From assembly GCF_001194135.2 (NCBI RefSeq), contig NC_068993.1, forward strand, positions 16,462,942 through 16,526,941: 64,000 bases of DNA. The letters are read 5' to 3'. The position numbers were made by a program, and so were the translations under genes. The notes under the pieces are model-generated. The model was not told the DNA's origin. It was given only the letters and a program-made list of their open reading frames with translations, and made no database searches. This DNA is from Octopus bimaculoides (taxonomy: Eukaryota). Positions within the stretch are counted from its first letter, which is position 1; each line of letters begins with the position of its first letter. This document shows positions 1 to 11,105 of the stretch, one piece after another.

Positions 1-135
1 ATTTTTGTCTCTCTGTTTATTTCCTTGTGTTCCTTGCTGTTGACGAGCGTAGGCTCGAAATGTAAAAAACTTTCCCAACTTTCTCGAGTGTCAAACTAAT
101 ACACCTGTCTTAGTCTTTTGTTTTTCTATAAATTT
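1..135 (+). mobile_element. Short repeat with a hammerhead-like motif (family H1), left end cut by the window edge
   Basis: Homologous to the minus-strand copy at about 5775-5930 (shared gtaggctcgaaatgtaaaa and cgagtgtcaaactaataca); ends in a (TA)/(CA) run. Confidence 0.65.
37..69 (+). ncRNA. Degenerate minimal type I hammerhead-like motif (H1 copy a)
   Basis: CTGTTGA-C-GAGC[GTAG]GCTC-GAAA-TGT-A: perfect 4-bp stem II and GAAA; core is non-canonical and stem I pairs poorly. Confidence 0.35.
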
Positions 136-169
136 CAACTATATACATATATACACACACACATAAAAC

Positions 170-312
170 ACGAGTGAGCACATAAATGCAGAACAAGGTG
201 GAAAATAATAGTACTTGAATACTGAAGATAGAGTAATATGCATTTTTATTAAAGCTGCAGAAACATCACAGAACTGTTACTCAGTTTCATGTTTCTGTTA
301 GTTGGGCAGTTG
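170..312 (-). mobile_element. Short repeat embedded in (TA)n (family H2) with a decayed hammerhead-like 5' part
   Basis: Homologous to 45670-45803; flanked by TA/CA runs; minus strand 311-272 reads AACTGC-CCAACTA-ACAGAAACAT-GAAA-CTGAGT-A-ACAGTT. Confidence 0.55.
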
Positions 313-329
313 TGATATATATATATATG

Positions 330-493
330 TGGGTGTGTGTGTCTTTGTGTATGTGTTGGCTCCCCCCTTCCCCATCTTACCAGGTTTTACAAAAAATAAT
401 AAATACTGGAGTCAATAAGTTTGACTAAAATTCTTCCAGATGGTATCCCAGTATGGCCACGGTCTAATGATTTATACGAGTAAAAGATAAAAG
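330..493 (+). mobile_element. SINE family A, 3' fragment
   Basis: tttgactaaaattctt...ccagtatggccac...gtaaaagataaaaga tail matching 26146-26507. Confidence 0.7.
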
Positions 494-519
494 ATGTGTG
501 TGTGTGTGCATGTGTGTGA

Positions 520-665
520 AACTGTTCTTTCAGTTAACACCTACCGTACCTACTCTAATGTTTTGGTTGGCACAAACCTTTAGTAAAGATAAGACACTTG
601 CTAAAAGTGCTGTGCATTGGGACTGAACCTGAAACCATGTAGCTTGGAAATGAACTACTCTACCC
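520..665 (-). mobile_element. SINE family A, 5' fragment
   Basis: Reverse complement of the tRNA-like head (gacacttg...gggactgaacctgaaaccatg). Confidence 0.6.
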
Positions 666-779
666 AACATCTGTCCTTCCTTCCTTCTGATCTTTTTTTT
701 TTTTTTCCTTTCCTTAGTTACTTCTGTACCATAGTTTCATGCTGCTATCAAAGAATTTGAACATAGCCATCTTCAGCAG

Positions 780-1161
780 CCTTTTCGCTTGCTAATTGAA
801 GCAGAAGTCAAAGGAGGTGTGTCGTGTAATGAGCTCTTTCAAATGTTGGTATGCATGAACGACATGGTGTAGATGGACTGAGAGATAAACTAAGTTATAA
901 GAGGAATTAGTTTTAGTGTGCAAGAATGAAGACAGCATTGGTATGGATGTGTGCTGCATACGGATGATAACAGATAGGTAAAGAAATACCAGGAGAAAGA
1001 AACCATGGAAAAGAAAGACTGAAGTAAACATTGGCAGAAGTGGTAAAAGCTGATTTCAAGTTGTTGAAAATCTCACAAAGGAATGCAATAAATGGCAAGA
1101 TATTGTGTGGGGAAAGGACCTGTTCATGCAAGCAGGGAAAAATTGATGTAAGAATGATGAT

Positions 1162-1165
<4 letters not shown>
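780..1165 (+). mobile_element. RTE LINE 3' end, degenerate
   Basis: Broken C-terminal ORF2 peptides (HWYGCVLH, TLAEVVKADFKLL) followed by a (GAT)n tail. Confidence 0.7.

Positions 1166-1229
<64 letters not shown>
1166..1229. repeat. (GT)n microsatellite
   Basis: Direct reading. Confidence 0.98.
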
Positions 1230-1230
<1 letters not shown>

Positions 1231-1261
1231 ATGGACTCTCTCATTAAGAACAACCTATGAA

Positions 1262-1415
1262 CATTATCATCATCATCATCCTTTAATGTCCATTTTCAGT
1301 GCTGGTATGGGTTGGATAGTTTGATAAGATCTAACAAGCTGCAAGGCTATGACAAGTCTCAGTGTCAGCTTTGACATCGTCTCTACAGCTGGTGGTGCTT
1401 CCTAACACCAAACGC
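1262..1415 (-). mobile_element. RTE-derived 3'-tail element (family D)
   Basis: catcatcatc-tttaatgtccattttc...gggttgg...cttcctaacacc, homologous to 43640-43857 and many other copies. Confidence 0.75.
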
Positions 1416-1436
1416 ATTACCATGTGTACTCTCTCT

Positions 1437-1634
1437 CTCTACTCTTTCACTTGTTTCAGTCGTTTGACTGTGGCCATGCTGGAGCACCGCCTTTAATCGA
1501 GCAAATCGACCCGAGGACTTATTCTTTGTAAGCCTAGTACTTATTCAATCAGTCTTTTTTGCCTAACCGCTAAGTTACGGGGCCATAAACACACCAGCAT
1601 CGGTTGTCAAGCGATGGTGGGGGGACAAACACAA

Positions 1635-1645
<11 letters not shown>
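1437..1645 (-). mobile_element. SINE family A, 3' half, young copy running into a gap
   Basis: Close reverse-complement match to 26300-26507. Confidence 0.9.
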
Positions 1646-1667
<22 letters not shown>

Positions 1668-1930
1668 NNNNNNNNNNNNNNNNNNNNNNNNNNNNNNNNN
1701 NNNNNNNNNNNNNNNNNNNNNNNNNNNNNNNNNNNNNNNNNNNNNNNNNNNNNNNNNNNNNNNNNNNNNNNNNNNNNNNNNNNNNNNNNNNNNNNNNNNN
1801 NNNNNNNNNNNNNNNNNNNNNNNNNNNNNNNNNNNNNNNNNNNNNNNNNNNNNNNNNNNNNNNNNNNNNNNNNNNNNNNNNNNNNNNNNNNNNNNNNNNN
1901 NNNNNNNNNNNNNNNNNNNNNNNNNNNNNN
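1668..1930. other. Assembly gap
   Basis: N-run after (TA)n. Other N-runs: 3116-3125, 16011-16020, 37671-38460, 39704-40046, 41137-41159, 47561-47823, 48880-48889, 49120-49129, 50606-50615, 51142-51962, 61018-61074. Confidence 1.
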
Positions 1931-2020
1931 CTTATATATTCTTCCTCTGCTCTCTCCCACTTGGTTTTAATATGTTGCCACATTTGTAATATGTCTTTTT
2001 TTCTACATTTTTTCGTGCAG

Positions 2021-2050
2021 CTGAAGATTGCTCTTCATATTGCATTTAAG
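2021..2050 (+). CDS. Possible 30-nt micro-exon (LKIALHIAFK)
   Basis: Long pyrimidine tract ending cag, donor AAG/gtaatg, open only in phase 0. No homology evidence. Confidence 0.15.
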
Positions 2051-2418
2051 GTAATGCTCACATTACTTAAATAAATTGAAGTAGCATGAAACGTGCGTAC
2101 TGCAATCACTTTTGAAATCCGTGTTGCTTATTATTTGATATATATATATATATATGATGATGATGATACAGTACTGGGTACTGGGTTTTTTGTTGGTTTT
2201 TATTTTTTTGTGCCACCAGGCTAGTGAGTTTGACAAATAGATTGCAAGGCAGAAAAAGAATGGAAAAAGGAAAAAGCTTCTGCTACTTAATTGGGATGGG
2301 TGGAGAGTATTTGAGAAGGAGAGATATGCCAAATGTTGAAAAGCTAAAGTAGAGGGATAAGCACAGGTGTCTTACTATGAGCATCTAGTTGATCAATCAG
2401 CTGAATAACTTTCATTCA

Positions 2419-2667
2419 GGAGTGAAGATTGTTTGCCAACATAACATGCCAGTCCTGGTTTAGGGCGAATGTTGCTGTAATTTAGCCACAGGAGATATCG
2501 TCTCCAGTGACTTGTGTCCTTATATTTTCGAACAAGGGAAAAAAAAAAAAAAGGACACAGATCATGTTGTATAGCCAGCTGGAGACGATGTCTACTGGGG
2601 CTAAATTACAGCATTATTCGTCCTAAACCAGGACTGCTATGTTATGTTGGCAAACAATCTTTACTAC
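2419..2667. mobile_element. Fold-back MITE with about 87-bp terminal inverted repeats
   Basis: 2421-2507 vs 2579-2665 match as reverse complements at 78 of 87 positions; inner 9-bp IR tgtgtcctt/aaggacaca; no TSD resolved. Confidence 0.85.
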
Positions 2668-3075
2668 AAAGTATTGTTGCTGAATATCTCTTGTTATGAG
2701 ATTTACAAATAGTAATTTTCCAAACCTTCATTCAGTTTTGCATGCGAAGCAACTCAGTTTTACATAGAGTTGGAGTCTGGACAATTCCCTGCTAGCCAGC
2801 TCCATGCCAGCATGGAAAGTGGACGTTAAATGATGATAATGATGTGTACCCTTGGTATAGTTTCTCAAGTAGAATCAGTGTGGCACTGTGTGACTAGGCC
2901 TGACCATTGAATTACAGATGCAATCCATCCTGATGGGCTTTGATCAACTCATGGCTTTGATAAAAACATTTGCCCAATATGTGATGCAGTGTGACTGAAC
3001 CTACAACTTCATAGTTGTGAAACAGACTTTTTAACCATTCAACCATGACTATGTTCTCTGCTTGCTTCTCTCTCT

Positions 3076-3115
<40 letters not shown>

Positions 3116-3125
3116 NNNNNNNNNN

Positions 3126-3158
<33 letters not shown>

Positions 3159-4309
3159 TGCATAACACTAATAAATACTTAAACTTGCCAACGAAAACTT
3201 TGTAATTGAATTTAGTAGGCAGAAGTTACTGCTGTGTGTGTACATGGGTGTATAAGTGCTTGTGCCTCCTAATAGATGAAGATTTTCATGGTGAGAAGGA
3301 ATTAGAAATTTTCTATCCCTATGAGTCTGCAAATAATACCTGAGTTAAAACTAGCTTTTTAATTTCTCTCACATTAGCACTGTTTGTTACAGGTTTCTTA
3401 CTTTCCTACTAATAATCAACATTTCAATGCATTTTCTTTACTATGAGTGATAAATGAGCATCTGGGCAACCTGAGAAGAACAAATAATACCCTCAGGGAT
3501 AATTGTTCACCATTTTATCAGCTTCAAGTTAATGTTTATATCTTTGTTTATGTCTTTTGCTGATATGCATTGGTTAAGAGTCAGAAACATATACATGTGT
3601 ATAAACATGCATGTATGATGGAATATGCATGTGTAAATATGGTCATATGTTGGAATCCAGCACTGTTTGTATCTAATAAATTCCACTCAAAGAATTAATG
3701 AACTAAAGGCTACAGGACAAAACATTTGTTTGTGATACCATATGCTGTGGGTCAATCCAAGGAATATGTAGTTTCAAAGGGAACCTGTTAACCACATAGC
3801 TATTCCTGCACTCACGTTAATTAATAACAAATATACAAAATAATTATTGTTTTGTATTGACCAAACTACAGAACAGTCCAGGAACACACTGAACATAATG
3901 AATTCAATTCATATAACACCCTGTAAAAACAAATAAACTACACACAAACTGTTACATGAACCAAATGCACCCTGCCTATAAAATAGACGAACACCATAAC
4001 AAAAACCCTCATCAAACAGAACAGGATATGCATTATACCCAATCATGAAATGCACATTAATAATATATTACAAAAACATTAAAAAAAACTCTTCATTAGC
4101 AACCAACCACAAGGCTGCAAGCACTGAATAAACTTTAGATGGCTAATGTAATTTACAAATTTATATGAAAATTTGAAAATTATAAATTTCATTTCTCTGT
4201 TACATTGAATATTACCAAAGAACCAGTGCAGCACATATTACAAAACAAAGGTTGTATATCCTACTAGAAATGACAGCCACATTTCTTTTATCATACGATG
4301 CTGTATTAA

Positions 4310-4517
4310 CCCTTTAGCATTCAGATTACTCAGTCAAATGTAATGCTTAATTCATTCATGTTGCTTTGAAATAATCATGTATCATCTCATAGCTTTGGAA
4401 TTTCAATGATGTGATTGTTTACTTTTAGAACAATATTGAAAGGTTTTACCTGGCTGGTTTCAACATAAAACCGGTAGAATATTTCGACCAGAAATGGCCA
4501 GTTTGGATGCCAAAGGG
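4310..4517. mobile_element. piggyBac-type MITE (family P1)
   Basis: TTAA/ccctttagcatt...atgccaaaggg/TTAA; internal homology to 35800 and 49781 copies in opposite orientation. Confidence 0.85.
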
Positions 4518-4781
4518 TTAAAAAAAAATATATGGAGTATATGTATTGGACAGTGTATTTCTGAATATACAAAATGATGTGACAATGCTGGTTAGAAAAT
4601 TTTTGGTCATAAGTTCACTCAGTCAAGGCTAAGTAGCTAAGAGAAAACACTTTCTTAAGCCCTTTGCTCCTTATAGAGAAATAGGCCATCAATGACTTTT
4701 CTCCACTGTTTTCAAATCTGGACCGTTGTTTCTGCTTCTCTTCCTCTCAGGTCTTGGTTTCAAATTGTCTTTTTATTTTTT

Positions 4782-4912
4782 TATTCTTTTACTTGTTTCA
4801 GTCATTTGACTGGCCATACTGCAGCACTGCCTTAAATGGTTTTAGTTGAACAAATCGACCCTAGGACTTGTTCTTTGTAAGCCTAGTACTTATTCTATCG
4901 GTCTTTTTTGTG
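4782..4912 (-). mobile_element. SINE family A, 3' fragment
   Basis: cttgtttcagtcatttgac...gtaagcctagtacttattctatcggtc. Confidence 0.8.
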
Positions 4913-5231
4913 TGGAGGCAGAGCATGATGATGCCCATCCTCTGCTGATAAAACAAAACAGGAAAAGAGTAAAAGTTAATCACAGTGGAACCGTGCTTGA
5001 CCCATAACCCAAAGATCTGTAGATTGGAACTACCCTCTGCTACCAGTGTAAATAAGTAAGAAACAACAACAATAGTCTTTTGTTCCTTGTGAGATAACCA
5101 AAATCCCCAACACCTTTCCCACTGCCTTCTGCTGCTTGATCCTTTCAGTTCCTCTTCTGCTTCCCAATAAAGGAGAAACAGAGACAAAAGGCAAAGGCCC
5201 TCCTTGACATTTTATAATTTACTTTTTTCTT

Positions 5232-5407
5232 AGGAGTTAGTATGGCCTAATGACTAAAAAGTTTGGCTCATAATCATAAGATTCCAGGTTTGAGTCTTCC
5301 ACTCCACTGTGTGGTATTTTGATTAAGTGTCTTTTTATCAGAGATTTGAATTGACTCAGCCTTTGTGAGTAAAATTAGATAGACAGAAATTGTGTTGAAG
5401 CCCACTG
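5232..5407 (+). mobile_element. SINE family A, diverged 5' half
   Basis: A/B-box-like head followed by gcctttgtgagtaaaattagatagacagaaa. Confidence 0.6.
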
Positions 5408-5539
5408 AACAGATTGTATTAGTAATCTAAAACTTCAACCTCATAGGGATTCTGCTTGAGAACTACATTAAGGGTAGGTGTGTCTGTAGAATGTTCAGTC
5501 ACTTAAATGGTAATTCAAACAATTGCTTGAAATATTAAT

Positions 5540-5760
5540 GCCATCATCATTGTCCTTTTAACATTGACTTTTCCATGCTTGTGCAGGTTGGATGGAGTTT
5601 TATTGAGGCAGATTTTCTACTACCAGATGCCTTTCCAGTCACTAACCCATACTTGTTTCCATGCAAGGTAATATTTCCCAATGGCCAGACACATTTTCAC
5701 ACAATCAGAAATGAATGACACACATAATGATCATATGATTGAAATTTACAGACAAACAAA
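5540..5760 (-). mobile_element. RTE-derived 3'-tail element (family D variant)
   Basis: catcatcattgtcctttaac...ccagatgcctttcc...aaggtaatatttccc. Confidence 0.65.
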
Positions 5761-5774
5761 AGACAAAGACATAC

Positions 5775-5930
5775 ACAAAGACAAAGCAGATGTATTAGTT
5801 TGACACTCGGGGAAAGTGAGAATGTCTTTTACATTTCGAGCCTACTCTCTTCAACAGAAAGGAATATGACACAATAAACAGAGTGAGAATAAAAAAAACT
5901 TGTGGATTTAGCAATGAAGCATGGTGACCA
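5775..5930 (-). mobile_element. Family H1 repeat, second copy
   Basis: Reverse-complement homology to 1-135. Confidence 0.65.
5826..5861 (-). ncRNA. Minimal type I hammerhead-like motif (H1 copy b)
   Basis: CTTT-CTGTTGA-A-GAGA[GTAG]GCTC-GAAA-TGT-A-AAAG: 4-bp stem I, stem II with one mismatch, GAAA, GUA triplet. Confidence 0.45.
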
Positions 5931-6065
5931 TATGATACCAAGACAAGGAGACACAAACATATGCACTCACACATACATAAGTGTGTGTGTGTGTGTGTGT
6001 GTGTAATGCATAAACAGCCTGAAAGACTGCTTTAAGATACATGGAGTAATTTATATTCTTTTTAA

Positions 6066-6270
6066 CTTTAGGCACAAGGCCCGAAATTTTGGGGGAAGGG
6101 GACAGTCGATTAGATCGATCCCAGTATGCAACTGGTACTTAATTTATTGAGCCAAAAAGATGAAAGGCAAAGTCGACCTTGGCGGAATTTGAACTCAGAG
6201 CATAAAGACAGACGAAATACTGCTAAGCATTTCGTCTGGCGTGCTAATGATTCTGCGAGCTCACCGCCTT
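6066..6270 (-). mobile_element. SINE family B, near full length
   Basis: Reverse complement of ggcggtgagctcgcagaatc...ctgagttcaaattccgccaaggtcgactttgcctttcatc...gccttgtgcct. Confidence 0.9.
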
Positions 6271-6419
6271 ACATGGAGTAATTTATAAATATACCTGTGG
6301 AAGTATTATAAAAGCATGAAACTATTAGTAGCTTTTGTGTATCTCAATTGATATTTGTCTCTCACTGAATGGCGTACTTTTTTTTTTTATTCTACCTCTA
6401 TTGGATCTGTAAACTACAC

Positions 6420-6565
6420 ACACGATGAGCTTCTTTCGGTTTTTGTCTACAAAAACCACCCACAGTAGAAGACACTTGCATAAGGCATCATGCTGTAGGG
6501 GCTGAACCAGAAACCTTGTGGTTGGGAAGCACAATATTTAGCCAGTCAGCCACACCCGCACCTAT
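6420..6565 (-). mobile_element. SINE family A, 5' half
   Basis: gaagacacttgc...ggctgaaccagaaaccttgtggttgggaagc. Confidence 0.75.
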
Positions 6566-7819
6566 GGGTTTGTATTTTAACAATATGACAATGATTCGAG
6601 TGTCTGTTCATTTTAGTGAATAGTATTATACTCTGAACATAGATGTTTTTCATTCTCACTAAATTCTCTGCTGAAAGTCTTTGCACAAAGAAGCATTTTT
6701 ATTACATTTGTAAGATATTGTCTCATATTAATATATATTCTTATACATGATTTTCTTGTTCTTTTTAATCATGTTTCTTCTAATTAAAGAGAAACACAAA
6801 ATGGAAAGACATTGGTTATGGTTCTATTTATAGGGGTGGTGGTGGTTACACAGCAAATATTAATGCAATTATTTACATACAACTTGGTTATTATTAAATT
6901 AGTTATATTATTTATACACTGATTCAAGAAAGTTATCTCTTTTAGGGGGAAGATTTTTTTTTTCTTTTTGTTCTGTGTTTCACATGCAAGTATCATATAC
7001 TTGGGTATTATATACAGAGATATTTTTATTCATAAGTATTTATGTGTGTATATACTTATATGCAAGCTGTCTGAATAAGATCAGTATAGGTGTTGTGTGT
7101 TTGTGTGTGAATGTGTTGAAATATACCAACTGATACCACAAAAGTGTATATTTGTGTGTTTGTGTATGTAAAATAAGAACTGTGTCTTGTGAATTAACCA
7201 ACATATTTCAAATGTCAGCATCTTTTCTATACCTGTGTGTTTACAATGTGTGTCTATGTGTTTACATGTATCTATCTATAGATTTGTACACATAATAATC
7301 AAATATCTCATACACCAAATGTGTGTATGTATTTATATGAAATGTGTGGTTGCATTTGTGTGTAGACATAATTAATTCCTGTCTAAAATCAGTTAATCTG
7401 GCAAAAGCCATGGAAATGACATAAAGAGTTGAGATAAATAAAAAGAAAGTATTAGATATTCAATCAGTATTTAAGAAACATCGGTAATTACTAATGACAT
7501 TTATTAATTATCAATATATTGCAGTCTGTCTACTAATTCTCTTGAACGACAGAATTCTAAGAACCAAATGAAATCAAAACCAGAAAAATGTGCCAAGAAA
7601 AGATGACCTTACAAGTTTCTTCACCATTAAACTCATTTGACACTAAATCTCTCTTGGATATAAATTACAAAATAAAAGACAAATTTTACAAGGAGAAAGC
7701 AAACCCATTACTATACAATAACAGGGAGAACTTTTAATTACATTATGAAGGGGTGATCTGTTGAACAGCAAAGGGACAAACTGGCAGTTATATATTGAAA
7801 GGACAAGAACATGCCTATT

Positions 7820-8340
7820 GTATCCTGGATGTTGGACTGATCCATGACATCTTCGATTTTGGAATGGTCTGACATTCTGGAGGTTGGACTAGTTCATGAC
7901 ATCCAGGATATTGGTAATTCTGGATGTTGAATTAATCTGTGGCATGCGGAGGTGCATGGTATAGTGGTTAGGGTGTTGGACTCATGATTTTAAGATTGTG
8001 GTTTCAATTTCTGGACTGGTTGATATGTGTTCTTGAGTAAAACACTTCATTTCACATTGTTCCATTCCACTCAGCTTGTAAAAATGAGTAATCCTGCGAT
8101 GGACCTGTGTCCCTTCCAGGGAGGAATGGATATGCAAGAGTAACCAGGAAACCAGCCCTATGCTCTTTATGGAGTAATGTGGATTAACCATTTTGGATAT
8201 TAGACGAATCTTAGAACATTCTAGATATTAGGCAAGTCCTACACCCATCTTGGATGCAAGCTGTATCTATGACATTCTGGAGGTTTGACTAATGCATAAT
8301 AACCTAAAGCTTAAACTAATCCACACCTTCCTGGAGTTTG
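7820..8340. repeat. Degenerate 25-27-bp minisatellite split by a SINE
   Basis: Units like cattctggaggttggactagttcatga recur at 7820-7945 and 8190-8340. Confidence 0.6.
7945..8170 (+). mobile_element. tRNA-headed SINE with CORE-like centre
   Basis: ggtatagtggttagggtgttgg head; cttgagtaaaacacttcatttcacattg...ccactcagc central block shared with 47213. Confidence 0.75.
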
Positions 8341-8684
8341 CAAGAATCTATAAATGTGTGGAGAAATAGTCAACTCCTTCTGAAGGAGAAGTTCACATTC
8401 CTTACCTTATAGAATGATATTGCTCACTTTATGAATATATCTTTATTCTAAATAGCCCTCCTGCATATGTTCCCTTTCACAAGTAATTATCTAGTCTTTT
8501 TCCATAATATGACTATGGCCAATCACTACTTATATTACATTGATCTACAAATTTACTTAGCAAGAGAAATGGTACATTAAAAACAAACCAACAAAATAAA
8601 AAATAAAAAAACTAATTAGAGATAATTATTTTGGAATGTGGAATGAAGGTTTGGCAATATTAGTCTAATTAATATTATTTTATT

Positions 8685-8916
8685 TTTTGGAAAGAATCTC
8701 AAAGCACATTAATATTGGATTGAAAAACCCTTTTCAGATAGAAAAAGTTGAAGTCAGCTTGTGATTGCAATAGTAGAGCATCTGTAATGTCTACAGGAGA
8801 CGTGGGTTCAAATCCTACAGGTGGCTTTGAATCTTTTCTATCCCAAAGGGTTTTTTTCAACCCAGTATTTACATACTATTATTTATAGCTTTGTGTGCTT
8901 TGAGATCTATTCCAAA
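8685..8916 (+). mobile_element. tRNA-headed element plus an inverted 5'-truncated copy (head-to-head)
   Basis: 8689-8766 is a reverse-complement homologue of 8811-8913; the spacer holds gtagagca and B-box gggttcaaatcc. Confidence 0.7.
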
Positions 8917-9519
8917 GCAAAAGAATTATTTCATGTTCTCTTGAAAGCTTATAATATTCTTCAAATGGCAGTGCCCCAGCATGGCCACAGCTTATGAGCT
9001 GAAACTAGATAAAATGAAATGAAAACAAGTGCCATCTTCCTAAGCATGTTTTGGTCAGATTCCATCCTCCTCAGCAAACAAAACCTTCACTGTACTTTCT
9101 AAAATGGTGTTGAAAAAGTCAATAATTAAATGTACATTATTATACATTGGTTGCTGTAGGAGAATTGAATTGTTTAGAGAATAAAATTTATGAAGATGCT
9201 ATCCACATAAAAAAAGAAAAAAAAAACCAGTAATTAAGTTAGTGTGAAAATAATTAATGAAGGGAAAATTAAAAAGTTTAGACATATTTATGTTGTGAGA
9301 TAAATAAACAATATTAAACAATAACTAATTTTATTTTAATTTTTCTGGTTAGATTTTTAATGCACCATGCATTAAAAACGTTAACACTAACTTAACTATT
9401 GTTTATCATGCGAATGGCATCAATGAATTATGTATTCTCTATTAAAATACAATACTGGTTGTTATTTTATATAGAATTGCAGAGTTCCAACTAAGGAAAA
9501 GTGAAAAACCAATAATCAT

Positions 9520-9925
9520 CATCATCACTACCACCACCACTATCATCATATTCACCATTTCACTGCTGTTTGTTCATAGTCAGATGGATTTTGTTTTCTC
9601 TGGGACAACTTTTTGCCCTGTGTAACAATATTTTGATATATACCCTCCATGAGGTTCTGCATCTGAGATCAGCCTTCACCACTTCTTCCCATGTCTTCCA
9701 TGGTTTTTCTCTTCCATGGGTTCCTCCTCCTTGGATATGTCAGCACTTCTTTACCCAAGAGTCATCTGCCATACACATCATGTGTCCATACCTTCTAATT
9801 TGTACACCTTCATTCATGCACACCAACATCACACATCTAGTGGGGAATTAGTGTCCCATTTCTTTTTAGCCTTTGCACATCTTCCTTCATGTTTCTGACA
9901 TCATGATGCACATATCTTTAGAAGA
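9520..9925 (-). mobile_element. RTE LINE 3' end, degenerate
   Basis: Minus strand gives YGHMMC and GRGKPWKTWEEVVKADL-type remnants. Confidence 0.65.
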
Positions 9926-10815
9926 GGTGTGACATAATGGATTTAATTGCAGAGTATATAATCCAGTATTTGACTGGTACTTATTTTATTGACCAGGAAA
10001 TTATGAAAGGCAACAATTCCCCTCCCCACCTTTTTTCTTTAACTGCTAAGTCAGAGAAGGCATAGCAGTACTCATGTTCTTTTTCATGACCTCCAGTTAT
10101 CTTCAGATATGGCCTGAATACATTGCAACAGAATGCAGGGTATGTAGTCCACTAAAAATGCACACAAGAGCCAGATGGTAGTGTTTAACCAGGTGATAGA
10201 TTGTCTACCTTCTGCTTTACCTTTGATTTATTATTCTTTTCATTCTCTCCTCTGATATAAGTCATGTAAATGGAAAAACAACTAAATGATTGTAGTATTG
10301 GACTTCAATCTCATAGGTCTTAAATTTTAATCCAATGTAGCTATTTTAATGTCTATTTGAACTTACCATTAATCCTATATGCTTTGGTTTACTAATATGT
10401 GGGTTAATTTTGTGTCATGTTTAGAGCTTCATGAAAGGAAGATGCAGGTTAATAGCAAATTTTTAAAGACTCCATTGAAGTTAGGAAACATTTAAAAAAA
10501 TTTTTATATGTAATGTAATTTATGCAGTCTTAAGTTGGATAAATCTGCAAATTTTGACAATTATCAGGAGTACTTGATGTAGCAAACTTGCTAGAAATGT
10601 ATAGTTTTCTCTTACTATATTAAGTTTACTTGCTGATATTTAGATACAAATTAATTTTTTCTTCTAATATACAAGTTATTAAAAAGTGCTGTGCCTGGAA
10701 GATTTTCCAATATAATTGTTTAGTTCCTTGTCTTTAATGTTCAATGAAAAATGTTTTACTGTAAACCTCAGTGATTACAAATGTTCTTCTAATTTTATAT
10801 CTTTCAAATTTTCAG

Positions 10816-10868
10816 CTGTTTAAGCAGAAACAATTACTGTAGCAAGTCACTCCAGTCTCTTAGTGTAG
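10816..10868 (+). CDS. Possible 53-nt exon (CLSRNNYCSKSLQSLSV)
   Basis: Strong acceptor ttcttctaattttatatctttcaaattttcag; donor TAG/gtatgg; one open frame. Confidence 0.15.
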
Positions 10869-10879
10869 GTATGGGAATA

Positions 10880-11105
10880 TATATGATGTAACAGGGAAGC
10901 CTCTATAAAGTCAGTTACTAACTTGAAATAAGTAGCAAAATTTCCTTTGGTTCACAACCAACCATCTTAATAAAAAAAAAAACGCTTGCATAGGATAATG
11001 TACTCTTAGATACAATATTCCTGAAAATAAGACGGCATAATTGTGTACCAGAATGTCTCTGATCATAAGCCAGCGTGATCAAGGCTGACCTAAAGGTTAA
11101 ATAAC
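10880..11105 (+). mobile_element. Interspersed repeat family E (unclassified, SINE-like)
   Basis: Homologous to 17190-17355, 20375-20490, 48130-48330 and, reversed, 32635-32960. Confidence 0.6.

Noticed and set aside
7525-7740. Possible plus-strand terminal exon LSTNSLERQNSKNQMKSKPEKCAKKR-stop
   Set aside because: Weak AT-rich acceptor, no phase-compatible partner, no recognisable homology.
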